Shown piece after piece: positions 36,904-46,873 of a stretch of 64,000 nt of DNA (position 1 is its first letter; the number at the start of each line of letters is the position of its first letter). Under the pieces are notes generated by a model. That model had not been told where the DNA came from. It did not search any database and saw only the letters and a list, made by a program, of their open reading frames with translations. Origin of the DNA: Dehalococcoidia bacterium (GTDB lineage Bacteria; Chloroflexota; Dehalococcoidia; Plut-88900); assembly GCA_965207225.1 (NCBI GenBank), contig CBDBLV010000005.1:256001-320000 (forward strand). Direction: 5' to 3'. The translations under genes and the position numbers were made by a program.

Positions 36904-38058
36904 ATGTACCTTCCCAGGATCAAGGAATTGCGAAGGGCCTACGGATTTGAAGAAGTAGCAATCGTCCCGGGGGAGGTAACAATAAACCCCGAGCTCGCCA
37001 ACACCACCTTCTCCCTCGGCCAGCACACCTTCCCCGTCCCCTTCATAGCCTCCGCCATGGACGGCGTCGTCGACCCCGCGATGGCCGTCAAGATGCACGA
37101 GCTCGGGGGCCTCGGCGTGCTCAACATCGAGGGTGTCCACGGCCGCTACGAAAACCCCGACGACATCCTTGAGCAGATCTCCAACGCCTCCAACGACGAG
37201 ATCACCCCCCTCTTCCAGAAAATCTACTCGACGCCCATAAACGATCAGGCCATCGCCGCCTGCATCTCCCGCATCAAGGACGGAGGCGCCACCTGCGCCA
37301 TCTCCGTCACCCCCCAGAACACCAAGCGGGTCGCCCCCATAGCCGTCGAGGCTGGCGCCGACATCCTGGTAGTCCAGTCAACCGTCACCACCGCCCGACA
37401 CGTCTCCCGCAGCTACAAGGGCCTCATCTTCCAGGAGCTCTGCCAGCAGGTCCCGATACCCGTGGTCGTCGGCAACTCCGTCGGGTTCAACACTGCGTTG
37501 GAGCTTATGGAGACCGGCATTTCGGGCCTGCTGGTGGGTGTCGGGCCCGGGGCCGCCTGCACCAGCCGCGAAGTGCTGGGCATCGGCGTGCCGCAGATTA
37601 CTGCCACCCTGGAATGCGCCGCCGCCCGGGAAGAGTACGTCCGACGCACGGGCCGGGACGTCGCCATCATCACCGACGGCGGTCTCCGCACCGGCGGTGA
37701 CATCTGCAAGGCCATCGCCTCAGGCGCCGACGCCATTATGCTAGGCACCCCTCTCGCCCAAGCCTTCGAGGCCCCCGGCCGAGGCTACAACTGGGGCATG
37801 GCCAGCCCCCACCCCGACCTCCCCAGGGGCACGCGCATAAAGGTCGGGACCCGGGCCTCGCTCAAGGAGATCCTCCTCGGCCCCTCCTCCGTCGCAGACG
37901 GCACCATGAACCTGGTCGGGGCCCTGCGCACGGCCATGGGTATGTGCGGCGCCCTCACCATCAAGGACATGCACCAGGCCGAGATGATCATTGCCCCCTC
38001 CATCAAGACCGAGGGCAAGGTCTTCCAGATGGCGCAAAGGGCCAACTCCCACAACTAG
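36904..38058 (+). CDS. guaB3: GuaB3-family IMP dehydrogenase-related protein
   Basis: RRAYGFEEVAIVP, ASAMDGVV, GVGPGAACTSR, DGGLRTGGD, WGMASPHPDLPRG. Confidence 0.92.
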   Translation: MYLPRIKELRRAYGFEEVAIVPGEVTINPELANTTFSLGQHTFPVPFIASAMDGVVDPAMAVKMHELGGLGVLNIEGVHGRYENPDDILEQISNASNDEITPLFQKIYSTPINDQAIAACISRIKDGGATCAISVTPQNTKRVAPIAVEAGADILVVQSTVTTARHVSRSYKGLIFQELCQQVPIPVVVGNSVGFNTALELMETGISGLLVGVGPGAACTSREVLGIGVPQITATLECAAAREEYVRRTGRDVAIITDGGLRTGGDICKAIASGADAIMLGTPLAQAFEAPGRGYNWGMASPHPDLPRGTRIKVGTRASLKEILLGPSSVADGTMNLVGALRTAMGMCGALTIKDMHQAEMIIAPSIKTEGKVFQMAQRANSHN

Positions 38059-38282
38059 CCCTTACCCCGGGAGGCGATTTCCTCCCCCCTTGACGAGGCC
38101 TTTGCATAACCCGGTGCTCGGTTGCTCCGAGATTATTCGAGGCCACTGCTCTAGGCCCGGGGCAGAACCCGCGATCTACGCTTTGTGCCCGGCATAATGC
38201 CTACACCCGCGTTGCGGCGGGAACGAGGGGCCCATTCGGTTGGCAGACTCGGCTTGAGTGTTCTTGGGGTACTATGGTAGCC

Positions 38283-39662
38283 ATGAGCAGCAATTCACTG
38301 AAAATAGAGGGCGCCAAGTTTGTAATCACCCTGGACCCGGAGCGGCGCATCATTCAGGACGGTTCGATTGTCGTCGAAGGACAACGGATCACACACGTGG
38401 GCAAGGCCGCCGACCTGGCTTCGGTCTCGGCTCAGCGGGTGATAGACGGATCGGAGATGGTGGTCACCCCGGGGTTTTGCAACGGTCACATGCACATCAG
38501 CTACGCCCACGCCACCCGGGGCATCTTCCCCGACGACCTGGGAGCCGCTTACCTGCCCAATGTTTTCAAACTGCAGGGGGCCCTGACCGCCGAGGAGGAG
38601 TATTACGTCTCCTTGCTGGCTATCACCGAGCTGCTGAAGTACGGGACTACCTGCTTTCTCGACCCAGGGAGTACCAAGTTTCTGGACTCCTGCATTCGGG
38701 CCTACGAGGAGTCAGGCTGTAGGATCATCATTGGCTGGCACGTGGTCGACCGGCCCAACCCGGTAAACATTCCCCAGTCCACCACCGCCGACGCCATTGG
38801 GACGATGGAGTCGATAGTGCAGCAGTATGACCACAGCTTGGAGGGCCGCGTGCGGGCCTGGGCCATGCCCTTTTCTGCCGCCTTTTCCAGCCGGGAACTG
38901 CTTGTGGGGGCGAAGGACATCTCGGAACGGTACAATACGGGGCTGACGCTCCACTGCAGCAGCGACGACCAGGCGGTGGCCGCCAGCCTGCGGGATTACG
39001 GCAGGCGTCCCACCGAGTACCTGGAGGACATCGGCTTTCTGGGGCCGAATACCCTGCTGGCCCATGTTCTGGGCCTTGACGAAGCCGAAGTAGACTGCAT
39101 GGCCCGGACGGCAACCAAGGCCGTAATGTGTCCCACGGCAGCGATCAAAAGCGGCTCGGGCATGACCCGGGAGGGGATGCTGCCGGAGATGCTGGAAAAG
39201 GGCGTTACGGTGGGCTTGGGGACCGATGCCGGAAACAACTCTAACCTGGTAGAAACGATGCGGTCGATGTACTTGGCGGCGGTCTTGTACAAGGACGGTC
39301 GACAGGACGTTGGCATGATTCCAGCCGAGACGGCCCTGGAGATGGCAACCCTTTCCGGGGCACGCGCGTTGGGGTTGGGCGACGACATCGGCTCCATCGA
39401 GGCGGGGAAAAAGGCCGACTTGGTGATGTTCGATACCAGGCGGCCGGAATGGCGGACCATTTTCAACCCGGTCAACAACCTGGTATACAACGCCGACGGC
39501 CGCAGCGTTCACACCGTGATCGTCGACGGCCGGGTGGTGGTGGAAGACCATCTGCCACTGTTCGTTGACCAGTGGGAACTAATTCAACGAGTGCAGGCCA
39601 TTGGGCAGGACCTGATGGCCAGGACGGGAGTCAACTTCCCGTCCCGGTGGCCCATCGTTTGA
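38283..39662 (+). CDS. amidohydrolase family protein (ATZ/TRZ/MtaD-like)
   Basis: PGFCNGHMH, LAH, LGTDAG, GSIEAGKKADL; start may be 38274. Confidence 0.92.
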   Translation: MSSNSLKIEGAKFVITLDPERRIIQDGSIVVEGQRITHVGKAADLASVSAQRVIDGSEMVVTPGFCNGHMHISYAHATRGIFPDDLGAAYLPNVFKLQGALTAEEEYYVSLLAITELLKYGTTCFLDPGSTKFLDSCIRAYEESGCRIIIGWHVVDRPNPVNIPQSTTADAIGTMESIVQQYDHSLEGRVRAWAMPFSAAFSSRELLVGAKDISERYNTGLTLHCSSDDQAVAASLRDYGRRPTEYLEDIGFLGPNTLLAHVLGLDEAEVDCMARTATKAVMCPTAAIKSGSGMTREGMLPEMLEKGVTVGLGTDAGNNSNLVETMRSMYLAAVLYKDGRQDVGMIPAETALEMATLSGARALGLGDDIGSIEAGKKADLVMFDTRRPEWRTIFNPVNNLVYNADGRSVHTVIVDGRVVVEDHLPLFVDQWELIQRVQAIGQDLMARTGVNFPSRWPIV

Positions 39663-39677
39663 TGTTAAGGAGGGAAC

Positions 39678-40664
39678 ATGGCAGCAAAGGTTAAGTTCGG
39701 CCTTACTCTGTCCAACCGGGGCATCCTACTGGGTCTGACCCAAGCGGAGGACATCCTGGAAATGGCCGAAAGCGCCGACACCTCAGGCGCCTTCGCTCAC
39801 GTATGGGTCGGCGACTCCATCATGGCCAAGCCGCGGTTGGAGTCCATCACCACCATGGCAGCCATCGCTGCCCGCACCAGGAGCGTGGATATAGGGGTGG
39901 CCTGTATGGCCAGCTTCCCTTCTCGCGACCCCATCATCCTTGCCTACCAGTGGGCCAGCCTGGATCTTATCTCCAACGGGCGGATGGTACTTGGGGCCTG
40001 TATGGGCGGCAGGATAGACGAGCAGGACCACCGCACCGAATACCGCAACATGGGAATCCAGGCATACAACCGGGCCCAGCGTATGGAGGAGAATATCGTC
40101 CTGTTGCGCAAGCTCTGGACCGAAGACCGGGTCAGCTACGAAGGCGCCTTTCACAAAGTGGAGAACGCCTTTATAGAGCCCAAGCCGGTGCAGGAGCCGC
40201 CCCCCATCTGGGTGATAAGCAACCCCAGGCTGTCGGTGGGGAAGCCTCACATCATCGAACGTTCGCTGAGGAGGGTGGCCAGGATGGGAGACGGGTGGAT
40301 GACCACCGCCAATCCGGCCCCCGAATTCGCCGAGCTTAGGCGCCGGGTGCTGGAGTATGCCGGGGACTACGATCGCAGCTTCGACGACCTACCCTGCTGC
40401 CTGTACTACAACATCAACATAAACGAGGATAGGGAAGCGGCCTTCCAGGAGTCGAAGAGGTACCTGGACCAGTACTACTCGGTAAACTACACCCGGGAGG
40501 CAGTGGAAAACTGGGTGGCTTTAGGCACCCCGGAGCAGTGCATAGACCAGCTACAGACCTACGTCGACGCGGGAGCTACGGACATACTGCTGAGGTTTCC
40601 GTCGTGGGACCAGCAGGGCCAGTTCCGGCGGTGCGTGGAAGAGGTGCTGCCGGCCTTCGCCTGA
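39678..40664 (+). CDS. LLM-class flavin/F420-dependent oxidoreductase
   Basis: VWVGDSI, DPIILAYQWASLDLISNGR, PKPVQEPPPIW, GDGW. Confidence 0.92.
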   Translation: MAAKVKFGLTLSNRGILLGLTQAEDILEMAESADTSGAFAHVWVGDSIMAKPRLESITTMAAIAARTRSVDIGVACMASFPSRDPIILAYQWASLDLISNGRMVLGACMGGRIDEQDHRTEYRNMGIQAYNRAQRMEENIVLLRKLWTEDRVSYEGAFHKVENAFIEPKPVQEPPPIWVISNPRLSVGKPHIIERSLRRVARMGDGWMTTANPAPEFAELRRRVLEYAGDYDRSFDDLPCCLYYNININEDREAAFQESKRYLDQYYSVNYTREAVENWVALGTPEQCIDQLQTYVDAGATDILLRFPSWDQQGQFRRCVEEVLPAFA

Positions 40665-40687
40665 ACGCAACCCACGTGGTCAATACG

Positions 40688-40723
40688 AGGGCCCAGCGGT
40701 ATCACGCCGCCGGGCCCTTTTTG
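40688..40723 (+). terminator. intrinsic terminator
   Basis: AGGGCCCAGCGG-loop-CCGCCGGGCCCT followed by a T run. Confidence 0.7.
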
Positions 40724-40753
40724 TGTCTGATTCCCAGGGGTACCGTCCGGCTA

Positions 40754-40882
40754 TTACTCGGGCAGCCACATGACGCTGGAAATCTCGCTGAACTTCCGCC
40801 AGACCCTGGTCCAAGAATCGCCATCGTCGTCGCTGCGGTACAGGTATCCCTAGCGGCTGCCGGCGAACACTATGCTGGGGTC
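40754..40882 (-). pseudogene. C-terminal remnant of a BNR/Asp-box beta-propeller gene
   Basis: Manual translation DPSIVFAGSR*GYLYRSDDDGDSWTRVWRKFSEISSVMWLPE*; SxDxGxSW Asp-box; internal TAG; 5' end abuts a REP copy. Confidence 0.65.
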
Positions 40883-41022
40883 GCTTACCCTGAGGTCGCT
40901 CGAAGAGCCTGCCCCTGCGAAGGCAAGGGGTCGAGCGGGGGGTGACGACCCCGCATGCAGCAGACGCACTCCACCCCCCCAATCCGCTAAACTACCCCCG
41001 ACACCACACAGGGAGACACCCC

Positions 41023-41514
41023 ATGCGACAAAGACTCCTCCAGGGCGACCGCTTCCCCAAGATCACCCTCAACCTCACTAACGGCGCCACCATCACCCTC
41101 CCCGACCAGGCCCCAGGCCGCTACTTCGCCCTCCTCTTCTACCGAGGAGAGTGGTGACCCTACTGCCGGGTGCAGTTGGCAGCCTACCAGGAAAAAATAG
41201 CCGAGTTGGATGAGCTTGGCGTCTACGTCATCGGTGGGACCATCGAGGACCGGGAGACCGCCGCCCGGATGGGCCGGGAGGAGGGCATCACCTTCCCCAT
41301 AGCCTACGGCGTCACCCCCGAGAGCGTTGGGGCACTCTACCCGCTGTGGGGCGAGGAAAAAGGTTACGGCAAATGCGTCGAACCCATGGAGTTCCTCGTG
41401 CGCAAGGGTTTCGTAATCGGCTCAATGTACGCCTCGGGGCCCGTGGGCCGGATGGACGTCAACCAGCTAGTCCACTTCATCAAGCAACGGGAGAGGTCTC
41501 GGGCGAAGGTGTGA
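41023..41514 (+). CDS. AhpC/TSA (peroxiredoxin-like, thioredoxin-fold) selenoprotein with UxxC motif
   Basis: ORFs 40942..41157 and 41170..41514 are in one frame, joined by TGA-CCC-TAC-TGC: FYRGEW-U-PYC, matching the family FYRGxWCPYC motif. Confidence 0.85.
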
Positions 41515-41586
41515 CCCCTCCCCTTCCGCCATTTTAGCCTCTCGAACCGGAATTCATCATCGTAGCAAAGCCGGGTTCAGTTCCAC

Positions 41587-41610
41587 GTAGGGGCGACCGG
41601 CGGGTCGCCC
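41587..41610 (+). repeat. GTAG-type REP (GTAGGGGCGACCGGCGGGTCGCCC)
   Basis: GTAG plus a GC-rich palindrome; variant at 59346-59371 and a related copy near 14948-14975. Confidence 0.7.
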
Positions 41611-41671
41611 TGGGGGCGGGGCCGCTCGTGTGAGGCTCTCGAAGTATGAGCGGGGGGGCTCCCCGATAAGC

Positions 41672-42031
41672 CTAAAACGGCCTTCCCCGCAACCGGCGCG
41701 GCAATAGCTTCTGCCCGACTGGGTCCACTACTAACCCGAACTCTTCTAGGGCCAGGGCCCCCAGCAGGGGCTCTGTGTCATCGCCGAACACCACCTGGCA
41801 CACCTCCTCCCGACCATCGTACCTGATCAGCGCCCGCCCCACGGGATATTCCCTCATCGAGCCGTCAGCCAACTCCAAACCCTCGGATTTGTATGGCTTG
41901 ACTCCCGCCTTCTCCAGTATCCCTCTCGGAATCAACGAGTAGTGAGCGCCAGTATCAACGGTCGCCTTGACCCGTTGAAATTCCTCGCCCTCAATATTGG
42001 ATACGCCTATCGTCACTGAGAACATTCCCAT
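41672..42031 (-). CDS. clan AA (retropepsin-like) aspartic protease
   Basis: MGMFSVTI..., ATVDTGA, LADGS, PLLGALALE. Confidence 0.88.
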   Translation of the reverse strand: MGMFSVTIGVSNIEGEEFQRVKATVDTGAHYSLIPRGILEKAGVKPYKSEGLELADGSMREYPVGRALIRYDGREEVCQVVFGDDTEPLLGALALEEFGLVVDPVGQKLLPRRLRGRPF

Positions 42032-42316
42032 ATCTGTCACCTTGCTTATACTATACCTGAAGGAATGCCATGGCACAATTGGACTAATTTCATCATTTTC
42101 CTTGGAGAACGCCTTCACCCTCTAAGCTCTTGTCATCATCTCCCCCCGTTTACACCCCACCACCCCCTTCCCCCACAGAAACACCAGTGCTATAATCTCC
42201 CCAAACTTGGGCCCGCCGCCCGCATCCCGCGAAACCCACCATGCCCCCCCAAATCCCAACCTACACCATCCCCACCAAAATGCCGTGAAAATTTTCTCTC
42301 CCCTGTTTAGCCGTCA

Positions 42317-42429
42317 TTCAATCAAACCCGCTATGAGTTCAATCAACGTTCAATCACCCTTCAATCAAGTTCAATCATTCTTCAATCAAACTCAATCAAC
42401 TTCAATCGAGTACAATCAACCTTCAATCA
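42317..42429 (+). repeat. helically phased (T)TCAATC repeat array
   Basis: CAATC at 42319, 42340, 42351, 42362, 42372, 42383, 42393, 42403, 42413, 42424. Confidence 0.85.
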
Positions 42430-42460
42430 TCACCCATCTCGCCCCCCCAGGAGGTTCGCC

Positions 42461-43447
42461 ATGTCCCCTGCCCAGAAGATGAAAAAGCTCGTAGTCTGTG
42501 ACGACGGCGTCGCTACCATCAAGGAAGACGGCCTGGAGCCTTACGCCCGTACCCTCGCCGATGAGTTCGTCATCTACCGAGACGCCACCGCCGACAACGA
42601 GGAGCTTATCCGGCGCTGCCAGGGCGCCGACGCCGTGATTAGCATTCTCTCAACTTCCATCTTCACCCGCGACCTCATGACCCGCTGCCCCGACCTCCGA
42701 ATCGTTTCTATTTGGGCCGCCGGCGTCAACAACGTAGACCTGGATGCCGCCAGGGAGCTGGGCGTCACTATCTGCAACACCCCCGGCTACGGCAACATCG
42801 GGGTGGGCGAACACACTCTGGCTCTCATGCTGGCCGTCGCCCGAAACATCAACCAGGTCGACAGGCGGATGCGCGACGGCGAGTGGGTTAAGGAGCCCCT
42901 GGTCCAGCTTCACGGCAAGACCCTCGGGGTGCTGGGGGCGGGGCCCATCGCCCAGCGGGTCATGGAGCTGGGCCGTCTCATCGGCATGGACGTCATCGCC
43001 TGGACCCTGAACCCGACCCCGGAGCGCGCCGCCGAATACAACGTCGAGTTCGTCGACGTCGACACCCTCTGCCAGAAGGCCGACGTCGTAGCCGCCATCA
43101 TCGCCCTTTCCGACAAGACCCATCACGTCATCGGGCGCAAGCAGCTTGAGATGATGAAGCCCAGCGCGATAGTCGTGAACACGGGCCGGGGTGCGCTCAT
43201 CGACGAGGATGCCCTTTACGAGTTCCTCCGGGATGGCAAGATCAAGGCTGCGGGCCTCGACGTTTTCGGTACCGAGCCCCTCCCCGCCAACCACCCCTTC
43301 ACCGAACTGGACAACGTGGTTATGACCTCCCACGTCGCTGCCCACACCCCCGAGACCACCCAGGCCGGCGTCAAAATGTCCCTCGACAACATCGCCACCT
43401 TCAGCGAAGGCAGCCCCCAAAACGTCTTCTCACCCGGATTCCGGTAG
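42461..43447 (+). CDS. D-2-hydroxyacid dehydrogenase family protein
   Basis: NTPGY..VGEH, LHGKTLGVLGAGPIA, VNTGRG, AGLDVF..EP, TSHVA; AGGAGG RBS. Confidence 0.93.
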   Translation: MSPAQKMKKLVVCDDGVATIKEDGLEPYARTLADEFVIYRDATADNEELIRRCQGADAVISILSTSIFTRDLMTRCPDLRIVSIWAAGVNNVDLDAARELGVTICNTPGYGNIGVGEHTLALMLAVARNINQVDRRMRDGEWVKEPLVQLHGKTLGVLGAGPIAQRVMELGRLIGMDVIAWTLNPTPERAAEYNVEFVDVDTLCQKADVVAAIIALSDKTHHVIGRKQLEMMKPSAIVVNTGRGALIDEDALYEFLRDGKIKAAGLDVFGTEPLPANHPFTELDNVVMTSHVAAHTPETTQAGVKMSLDNIATFSEGSPQNVFSPGFR

Positions 43448-43586
43448 AAGACTGGCTCGCACCCGCTCACAATGCCGTCAGCGAATTATCTAACGCTTAC
43501 AATTCCAGCCCCCGAGCGGGAATCCAGGGGTGGAGTGATGGGAGCGCTTGTCACCACTCTATTGCATGTGATAGTCTAAGCATGTC

Positions 43587-43883
43587 ATGACCGACGCCAT
43601 CGTCTTCGACAGCCATAGATTTGTCAGGAACCTCACCGCCAGCGGCTTCACCGAACGCCAGGCCGAAGCCCTCGCCAACGAGCAGGTCCAGCTCCTTAAC
43701 GCCAATCTCGCCACCAAAGCCGACCTGGAAGCCGTCCGGTCCGACCTTGAGGCGAGGATTACGAGCGTCCAGGCCGACCTTCAGGTGAAGATTGCCAATG
43801 TCAAGTCCGACCTGTTGAAATGGATGTTTGCCGCCTTCGTCGCCCAGGGCGGCGTGATAGCCACCTTAATCACCCTGCTCTAA
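43587..43883 (+). CDS. DUF1640/CCDC90-like coiled-coil protein
   Basis: FDSHRFVRNL..SGFTERQAEAL, LATKADL, DLLKWM plus a TM tail. Confidence 0.8.
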   Translation: MTDAIVFDSHRFVRNLTASGFTERQAEALANEQVQLLNANLATKADLEAVRSDLEARITSVQADLQVKIANVKSDLLKWMFAAFVAQGGVIATLITLL

Positions 43884-43982
43884 GACTATTCATCCCAACC
43901 CGCACGGCCGCTCATCTTGAGCAGGCTCAAAGGGTCGAGCGGCGGGAGACCTGGGCCCGACTATTCTTCACATTCACCAACC

Positions 43983-44816
43983 CTACCCGAACAACGCCCT
44001 CCCCACCTCCCGTACCCCCTCCAGATCAAACGGCGGATAGATGTCTAGCACCACCCTGTCGACACCCTCCTCCTCCTTCCGACCCACGTACCCCTTGGGA
44101 TCTGCCTTCACTTCATCATCCAGCCTGTCGGATATCGATATCTCGAACTCGTCCCTCGACTTCCCAACCCTCGCAAGCTCCTCCAGCACGATGGGCTTTA
44201 GCCGGTAAAACTTCGGGTGCTCCTCCTCCCTCCACCCCCGCGGAGCCTCGCAGTTCCACCCGTCCCCCACCCTCACGGCATTCCTCGCCGACATAGGCCC
44301 CAGCCCCGCTACCATCACCGGCGGAACGGGCTCCGGTACGGGCGTCGATATAACACCCGCGGCGGTGTAGTACTTGCCCTTGTAGCTGATCCGCTCGCCG
44401 GTCCACATGAGCCGCATCAGCTCCACTGCCTCGCCGACCCGTTCCACCCGCTCCCTGCCCGATGGAAAGGGCCTGTTGAACCCGACCTGCTCCTTGGGCC
44501 GGGCCCCTGCGCCTATGCCCAGCTCTACCCTGCCTCCCGAGACCTGCTGCACGGTGGCGACCGTCTTCGCCAGCACGTCCGGCGCCCGATTCAGCACATT
44601 AGCAACGAAGCTCCCGAGCTTGACGGTCCGGGTTGCCTCAGCTAGGCCCGAGAGCAGCGTCCAGCAATCCAGGACCGGCTCATCGTCGTCGTTGAAAGAC
44701 AGCAGGTGGTCCCACGTCCACAATGACTCAAACCCCGACTCCTCCACCGCAATCGCCGCCTCCCGACACTCAAGATACGTCGTCCCAAACGGCACTATGC
44801 AAATCCCAACCTTCAT
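43983..44816 (-). CDS. LLM-class flavin/F420-dependent oxidoreductase
   Basis: GFESLWTWDH, SGGRVELGIGAG, GDGWN. Confidence 0.92.
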   Translation of the reverse strand: MKVGICIVPFGTTYLECREAAIAVEESGFESLWTWDHLLSFNDDDEPVLDCWTLLSGLAEATRTVKLGSFVANVLNRAPDVLAKTVATVQQVSGGRVELGIGAGARPKEQVGFNRPFPSGRERVERVGEAVELMRLMWTGERISYKGKYYTAAGVISTPVPEPVPPVMVAGLGPMSARNAVRVGDGWNCEAPRGWREEEHPKFYRLKPIVLEELARVGKSRDEFEISISDRLDDEVKADPKGYVGRKEEEGVDRVVLDIYPPFDLEGVREVGRALFG

Positions 44817-44978
44817 CGTTGTCTCACTTTCCCATTCTACTAAATGGCTGCCTCCCACCTGTCATTCCGATGCCCCGCGAGGAATCTGGGGCTGGGATGT
44901 CCCCTTCCCCCAGTATTGAACTAGAGGGAGACCCCATGCGCTCTAGCGCAAGGGGGAGAGGGTTCCTTCCCCCGGCCC

Positions 44979-45968
44979 CTACTTCGAGGGAAACAGCACC
45001 GCCAGCAGATCAATAATCAGCTTCGCCGTGAATCGGGTCGTCGTCTCCGCGTGATCATACGGCGGCGCCACCTCCACAAAGTCGCACCCGACAATGTTCA
45101 CCCGATTCGCCAGCGCAATCAGCGCATCCCGCATCTCGAAGTAATACAGCCCACCCGGGGCCGGAGTCCCGGTCCCCGGCATCTGCACCGGGTCCATCGA
45201 GTCGATGTCCACCGTCAGGTACACGTCCCCGCCCGACGGCACCTGCTCTATCGCCGCTTCCGACCCCATGGCCCGCATCTCGTCCGTCGTGATTATCTTG
45301 ACGCCCTTGGCTATGGCGTCCTCGTACACGTCGGGCCGAGCCATCCGTATGCCCAGCGACGTGATGTTCCGTACGTTCGGCAGGTCGAAACAGCGGCGGA
45401 TGGGGCAGCCGTGGTGGTAGAAGGTGCCCTGCAGCTCGTGGCTGAAGTCTATGTGGGCGTCGAAGTGGACCACGTCCAGGTCCTTGTAGCTGTCGAAACC
45501 CCTGACCGCCGGAAACGTGATCGAGTGGTCTCCCCCGATGATGACCGGAAACGATCCGCGGTCGATGATCTTCCTCACCGCGTGGGTGATCTTCGCAAAG
45601 TTGTTCTCCAGGTCCGCCGGGATGATTGTCACGTTACCGCAGTCGGCCATCGTCACGCCCCGGAGCATCATCTCCTTGCGGTCGATGTCGAAGTAGCCCT
45701 GGGCCTCCTTGTCCTCGAAGGTGTCCATGTAGTCGTAGATGCGGTCGACGTAGCGGATGCCGTTGGGGCCGTACCGGGCCCCGGGCCGCGCGTAGGTCCC
45801 CTGGTCGTACGGCACCCCGAGAAACGCCACGTCCGCATCCAGCGTGTCCAGGTCGTTCACCAGCGGCGTGTGGAAGAACGACATCGGCACCGCCCGGGTC
45901 GCGGGCCACGGCCCATCCCAACCATCCTTCAGCTCCAACGACCTATTAGGCTCATGCTCAGTAGTCAT
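44979..45968 (-). CDS. agmatinase/ureohydrolase family protein
   Basis: GGDHSIT, HFDAHID, TVDIDSMDP, PGTGTP, EVAPPYD. Confidence 0.93.
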   Translation of the reverse strand: MTTEHEPNRSLELKDGWDGPWPATRAVPMSFFHTPLVNDLDTLDADVAFLGVPYDQGTYARPGARYGPNGIRYVDRIYDYMDTFEDKEAQGYFDIDRKEMMLRGVTMADCGNVTIIPADLENNFAKITHAVRKIIDRGSFPVIIGGDHSITFPAVRGFDSYKDLDVVHFDAHIDFSHELQGTFYHHGCPIRRCFDLPNVRNITSLGIRMARPDVYEDAIAKGVKIITTDEMRAMGSEAAIEQVPSGGDVYLTVDIDSMDPVQMPGTGTPAPGGLYYFEMRDALIALANRVNIVGCDFVEVAPPYDHAETTTRFTAKLIIDLLAVLFPSK

Positions 45969-46393
45969 AACACACCTCCACGGGGATTTCGGGGCTAGGG
46001 GTGGGGATTATACAACGTGGAGGAGGAGGGATGGGTCGGGTCGACAGAATATATCACTGAAGTCGAAATGCATAATCAACAGGATAGCGAGGCCCTCTCA
46101 TCAAAGGTAGCGGAAGAACGCGGTTACATGAGAGTGCTAATGACATATGAATTAACGTACAATCTACCAGTTGACGAGTGTCTATTCTTGTTCTTAGAAA
46201 AATCGAATTAACCAGCCGTAGCAGTCTAATAACCGCACTGTACGAGGATAGGATTAAGCACTCGAATGAAGCGCAAGAGAGAAGAAACTGTGTTCAATTG
46301 CTAAAATGTGAGGACATTTAAGTGCAGGATAGACCCATCTAGGATAGAAGGTGATAGGCAATTGTTGGATTCTCTATTGTTTCCTGTAATCTC

Positions 46394-46873
46394 ATGAGCG
46401 TGATACAAATGTCCCTCAACTTTCCCCTCGATTCTGACGGCTTCCTCCGGCGCGCCTGCCCCAACTGTGTTCGAGAGTTCAAATGGCTAATAGAGGGAGG
46501 TAGTCCAGCTGCTAATCCGCCTGAACAATACTACTGTCCTTACTGCGGATCATCAGCTGGGCCGCACGACTGGTTTACTTCGGAACAGATTGCCTTTATT
46601 GAATCAGAGGTGGTCGATGAAACCTTAAGACCATCATTGGAAGAAATATCAAAATCTCTTCGACGTTTAGAGCAGTCGTCTGGAGGTCTCATCAAATTCT
46701 CCACCAGTATCGAAGGACTGGAACGAAAGCAAGCGGCTCCAGTATTCGAGCCAAATGACATGAAGCAAGTAGATTTCACTTGCCATCCTTCTGAACCTCT
46801 AAAGATTGACGACGCGTGGATTGACAAAGTGCATTGTCGCCTCTGTGGACAACTTTCCGATGCCACGACATAA
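46394..46873 (+). CDS. zinc-ribbon protein of unknown function
   Basis: CPNC...CPYC and CH...CRLC; lower-GC codon usage. Confidence 0.75.
   Translation: MSVIQMSLNFPLDSDGFLRRACPNCVREFKWLIEGGSPAANPPEQYYCPYCGSSAGPHDWFTSEQIAFIESEVVDETLRPSLEEISKSLRRLEQSSGGLIKFSTSIEGLERKQAAPVFEPNDMKQVDFTCHPSEPLKIDDAWIDKVHCRLCGQLSDATT

Noticed and set aside
38060-38270. Riboswitch between guaB3 and the amidohydrolase
   Set aside because: I could not recognise a purine or other aptamer consensus by eye; a cmscan against Rfam would be needed.
42207-42482. 91-aa ORF with Q/S/F/N-rich repeats
   Set aside because: The repeat spacing of 10-11 bp does not preserve frame, so the pattern is better explained at the DNA level.
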